Below, piece by piece: positions 62,501-64,000 of a stretch of DNA of 64,000 bases. Both the position numbers and the translations under genes were made by a program. The stretch covers positions 11,456,795 to 11,520,794 of the forward strand of contig NC_092670.1 of NCBI RefSeq assembly GCF_964355755.1, read 5' to 3'. The stretch is from Antedon mediterranea. Taxonomy: Eukaryota; Animalia; Echinodermata. Position 1 is the first letter of the stretch, and each line of letters begins with the position of its first letter. A model generated the notes under the pieces. That model was given only the letters and a program-made list of their open reading frames with translations. It was not told where the DNA came from and ran no database searches.

Positions 62501-64000
62501 AACTTTCCCAGACAACCTTCTGGAAATACATTTGTTATGAGACCTACAATTGTGGATAAAGACAATGATGATAATGATGACAATAAACAAGCAATGGAGC
62601 TGTTAACCTCAGTAAAAGATGCTGTGACTAATGAAGAAACATATAAAAATGCAATAGAACTTTTCCAAAGTTTAGGTATTACACAGACTGCATTTGAGAA
62701 AGCAAATAATTGTGTAGCTACTGAGGAAAAAATTGTTATAAAGAGAAACCCTCAAGATGTGTGGGTAAATCAATATAATCCTTCCTTATTGAGAGCATGG
62801 AATGCTAATATGGATATTCAATATATTACAAATGTATATGCATGTATAATTTACGTTATAGGATATATGTCAAAATCTGAACGTGAAATGGGTTTACTGT
62901 TAAATCATGCAGCATCAGAAGTAAAAGAAGGCAATGAAGATGCTAGGCAAAGTTTTCGAAAACTTGGTAATGTTTATATGAATAATCGAGAAGTGTCTGC
63001 ACAAGAAAGTATTTATCGTGTTTGTAGTTTAAGATTAAAAGAATGTTCAAGGAAAGTTGAATTTATCCCAGTAGGACCTAATCCTGTCAGAATGAGTTTA
63101 CCACTAAGTGTAATTAAAAACAAAGAAGATGATGATGTAAGTGCATGGTTGCCAAATAAGATCGACAAATATAAAGCTCGACCTAATAGTTCTGAATTTA
63201 ATAAAATGTGCCTTGCAAAATTTTGTTCGGAATATAGAATATTGAGTTCATCAGAAATGAAAGGAAACAAAAAAAAAAAGAATGTATTTCAGTTAAAAAA
63301 ACAGTTGGGATTCATCCAAAAAAGAACACGGACTAGTAATGCTATAGTAAGATACCCTCGATTTCCAATGGATACAGCACCTGAGAAATATTTTTTGAGT
63401 ATACTTCAGTTATTTCTACCAATTCGAAAAGATGAACAGTTAAAACCTCCAAATTTTGAAACGTATGAACAATTTCATGAGAAAGGATGTGTGAAATTAT
63501 GTGGCTGTCAATTACAAACGGTAAAGTCAATAGTTCATGGAAACATGGAACAATATGAAAAAAGTGCTGATGACGTTGAAGAAGCACAGGAATGTTTATC
63601 AAAATTTGGACCACAAGAAGATGCATGGAGCTTATTATGTCCAGAAAGCGAAAAAGAAAGGTTAGACAACCCAAAGCCAAATGTAGAGGTTGATGATGAA
63701 GAAGATGAATTTTTCATTCCAGATTTTGGAATTCAAAAAAATCATACATCTAAAGTAGAGTCTAATTCATCTAATATTCCAAGACCAGAATTGAACAAAA
63801 TGATTCGATCTTTAAATGAAAAACAACAACATATATTTTATAAGACAAGACAATGGTGTTTAGACAAAGTTAATGGTAAAAAACCTGAAGCATTTTACAC
63901 TTTCATAACTGGAGGTGCTGGTACAGGAAAAAGTCATTTGGTAAATTGTATTTATAATGAAGCGACACGTATTCTTGGAAAGATTATGGAAAATCCCGAT
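56522..64000 (+). CDS. Helentron RepHel polyprotein (partial, at least 2493 aa): TM helix, PHD finger, VTD/herpes-tegument-like DUB, OTU DUB, 18-aa repeats, Zn finger, HUH Rep, PIF1 helicase
   Basis: In-frame TAA at 56510, then ATG 56522; all motifs are in one frame and the ORF track lists no stop-terminated ORF in it. TM 56522-56596; PHD 56900-57047; GSFNQG..GKQCVAN (Cys 58178) and FDPH (58559-58570); GDGNCFYRA (Cys 59132) and HFN (59480); CCVC..WICFTC; PTFFLSFS; EFQMRGSPHVH (HVH 62291-62299); YVIGYMSK (62852); Walker A FITGGAGTGKS (63902-63934). Confidence 0.9.
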   Translation, partial: MDTLLITFIIGMLFLMFFLMLWCFFKNNKENTNKEYNNVNTAGNVDSGIIDTTEFETVIDEILDLLDQCCLSKNVKDMSTIKLENDDTCNVDCEVIKDTTEFKEIIDDIINILSYGTEVASEFDDTCDLCSIEVKADDNCITCDCCSQYFHVKCVRDVFEDKLCDSRVIWICSMCGYSNFVDNILGEIGIPCHFNRYTILETDESVTADLTKNKEKRNNAKLKKCQQTGSEDLLGNDWIRVRSKKRTDNRKKRCKNRGNKKRRKRVINGISIEPGVKYIGKGVKDFYERRNNNKMEWNMNTSTYREYKENDETNGKPMCDVLKNTKVTNGIQQQSGGGSKRNSKGRFVKSKKIDNKESQDNMNLNLKHHKNDCDTMERIGEDIILKKGKNDNSEMKTDDDFKMKCTEENDNTATDDVKSQNSSKMNDRTNRFDSNVTDHKNQTCASCEFDENEVSIIDDGSKKAVTEKIRSHTKPKCDQHAIDVDIEVLTKNNFSEELIIDERSKQKNAPIRQNTQSINELQLYNSNDNNITVAQGSFNQGNYRFGFAGGKQCVANSLVAILYSTKMNGNEFYTKDLDTILTLGNELYRYIQKDSTMHEDLLMISELPKELDILDNTFVISPKESVFGIIDGNLEFMAEYGALSLKQALEQELNQHDAFFMNFNRSTFSIIKRVNGFLIFDPHARDRFGCVSEHGKSILLYSPSWQGVYDYCIRLARSMNCNLHDTEFELTGVNIENKSMMLCSASVLDDNCEQRNLGNVDVDEPSTSYQYKCSTRLPDKNIDSNVKGQKHNDSSTNGWQNDNDIEIVNVQYGKKPDENFKFVPILEEQKKNMCNKLGIHCEHTDMNCGINRASQIGHPLQITNITGDGNCFYRAISYVISGTEDNHLLLRRAITNHLLETDDLFINTFSHEYRSVKEYVFKKRVMDNGTWASNTEIGAMANLLNTDIYSFNDQLLTWQLFSAKKPGRIDDVTTDNGIYILYTMNVHFNVVESVNVSQNNFQETTGQLDMDVTSQKNYTTKKRKQMRKECHTFEDKEPKHKRSKTVEGPCSGNEVKTLRRKRKISYENRKQKEKNRQRMKRRREEKDNSIEKNENRNKYQIDPAYREEKKRKVKEAQQIRYADDDYKFQKRKENRKRQHKMYRCEPEYNVKVRNKAKHNYNIDLDYRTTKKETVKNRYNNDTMFRHKTIQNNKQRNQERYHNDTQFRKNLKQNLAQKYCTNSQFRENITQKLTEKYQSNFKFRQNCKEKFVKKYRTNLKFRQKWKDKLAEKYRSNLKFRQNCKEKLAEKYQSNLKFRQNFKDKLVEKYRSNLKFRRKCKDKLAEKYRSNLKFRQKCKDKLAEKYRSNLEFRQNCKQKLAEKYRENSKFRQRCKKRFTEKYHGDEGFRKKIMKKNIKNRKKIKTENTNFNIVLENFKKTVSRGPENVCCVCFKLLFKDQVMKCIKPKYKNQACINEKYLHICNNECNKPCQFVESPRCHLWICFTCHRKMLKGKVPAEANSNNLQLYDIPPELRCLNNLEQHLIGLNIPFMKLMNLPKGGQHGIHGPVVCVPSNTIETVKMLPRPQVDDQLISVKLKRKLSYKGYYKYKFVNTANVIQALRYLQDHNKCYFDIAINEEWHNYLSEENIENANNNVHENHTCVENNEEEEEEVEDRLCGAIFDTSFQPVDRRQNLVDEYFNDIICCAPCENNSPIALLSNKSNEAKSFPVLFPTGQPTFHDTRDVKITLGRYFHNRLMHIDNRFAQNTEFIFYAQSLYELQQILSSISIALRKGSSKKDDFSKVTVSDLKNVTKIQEILKSDRGYKFLKQIRGTPPYWQATQKDIIAMVRQIGKPTFFLSFSSADFRWKEIMTTLLSQSGDQRNIEELEWADKCNLLKSNPVTVARMFDKRFHTFLKNVILSEAQPIGKVVDYFYRIEFQMRGSPHVHMLVWVENAPIFGTDKDNEVINFVDKYISCAVPCETVDPELNEIVKSVQIHSKRHSKSCKKKGTNCRFNFPRQPSGNTFVMRPTIVDKDNDDNDDNKQAMELLTSVKDAVTNEETYKNAIELFQSLGITQTAFEKANNCVATEEKIVIKRNPQDVWVNQYNPSLLRAWNANMDIQYITNVYACIIYVIGYMSKSEREMGLLLNHAASEVKEGNEDARQSFRKLGNVYMNNREVSAQESIYRVCSLRLKECSRKVEFIPVGPNPVRMSLPLSVIKNKEDDDVSAWLPNKIDKYKARPNSSEFNKMCLAKFCSEYRILSSSEMKGNKKKKNVFQLKKQLGFIQKRTRTSNAIVRYPRFPMDTAPEKYFLSILQLFLPIRKDEQLKPPNFETYEQFHEKGCVKLCGCQLQTVKSIVHGNMEQYEKSADDVEEAQECLSKFGPQEDAWSLLCPESEKERLDNPKPNVEVDDEEDEFFIPDFGIQKNHTSKVESNSSNIPRPELNKMIRSLNEKQQHIFYKTRQWCLDKVNGKKPEAFYTFITGGAGTGKSHLVNCIYNEATRILGKIMENPD
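60160..60665 (+). repeat. 54-bp coding tandem repeat (about 10 x KLAEKYRSNLKFRQKCKD)
   Basis: aagtat-like anchor recurs every 54 nt from ~60170 to ~60656. Confidence 0.85.

Larger units (their letters stand above)
52295..64000 (+). mobile_element. Autonomous Helentron/Helitron2 rolling-circle transposon (runs off the window)
   Basis: Array spacer breaks after aggtccaaaataaa (52294; other units continue taatttcc) into CTAG plus hairpin AACTCGTC-actacg-GACGAGTT; downstream RepHel ORF has the Helentron-type motif II QMRGSPHVH. Assigning the whole span to one element is inference. Confidence 0.75.

Noticed and set aside
56509-63717. Many hydrophobic minus-strand ORFs
   Set aside because: They are antisense shadows of the A-rich + strand RepHel ORF.

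Overview
AT-rich, intron-containing animal (invertebrate-like) genomic DNA; the species cannot be determined from sequence alone. From left to right: (1) a 7-exon secreted mosaic gene (signal peptide, F-type lectin, kringle, LamG/pentraxin-like, PAN/apple) with a duplicated terminal exon, whose first intron holds a nested stack of transposons; (2) a 4-exon MULE-transposase-derived SWIM zinc-finger gene (-) lying head-to-head with (3) a 16-coding-exon Pumilio gene (+) that has a GC-AG intron and a ~3.4 kb inferred 3'UTR with nested RNA stems; (4) MICOS subunit MIC27/MIC26 (APOO-like) (+); (5) a CHST11-like carbohydrate sulfotransferase (-); (6) a ~7.5 kb tandem array (~1.57 kb unit) of 33 tRNA-His/tRNA-Trp genes and pseudogenes, two of which are tRNA-Trp with an amber (CTA) anticodon; (7) a large Helentron/Helitron2 that interrupts the array at 52295. 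Its single ORF (56522 to beyond 64000, at least 2493 aa) is absent from the ORF track because it has no stop in the window. It fuses an N-terminal membrane helix, a PHD finger, a herpes-tegument-like (VTD/C76) deubiquitinase, an OTU deubiquitinase, an 18-aa repeat array, a Zn finger, HUH Rep and PIF1 helicase, and is preceded by an inferred spliced leader containing a covarying three-hairpin junction. Exon models and domain calls were made by eye and need RNA-seq/HMM confirmation.
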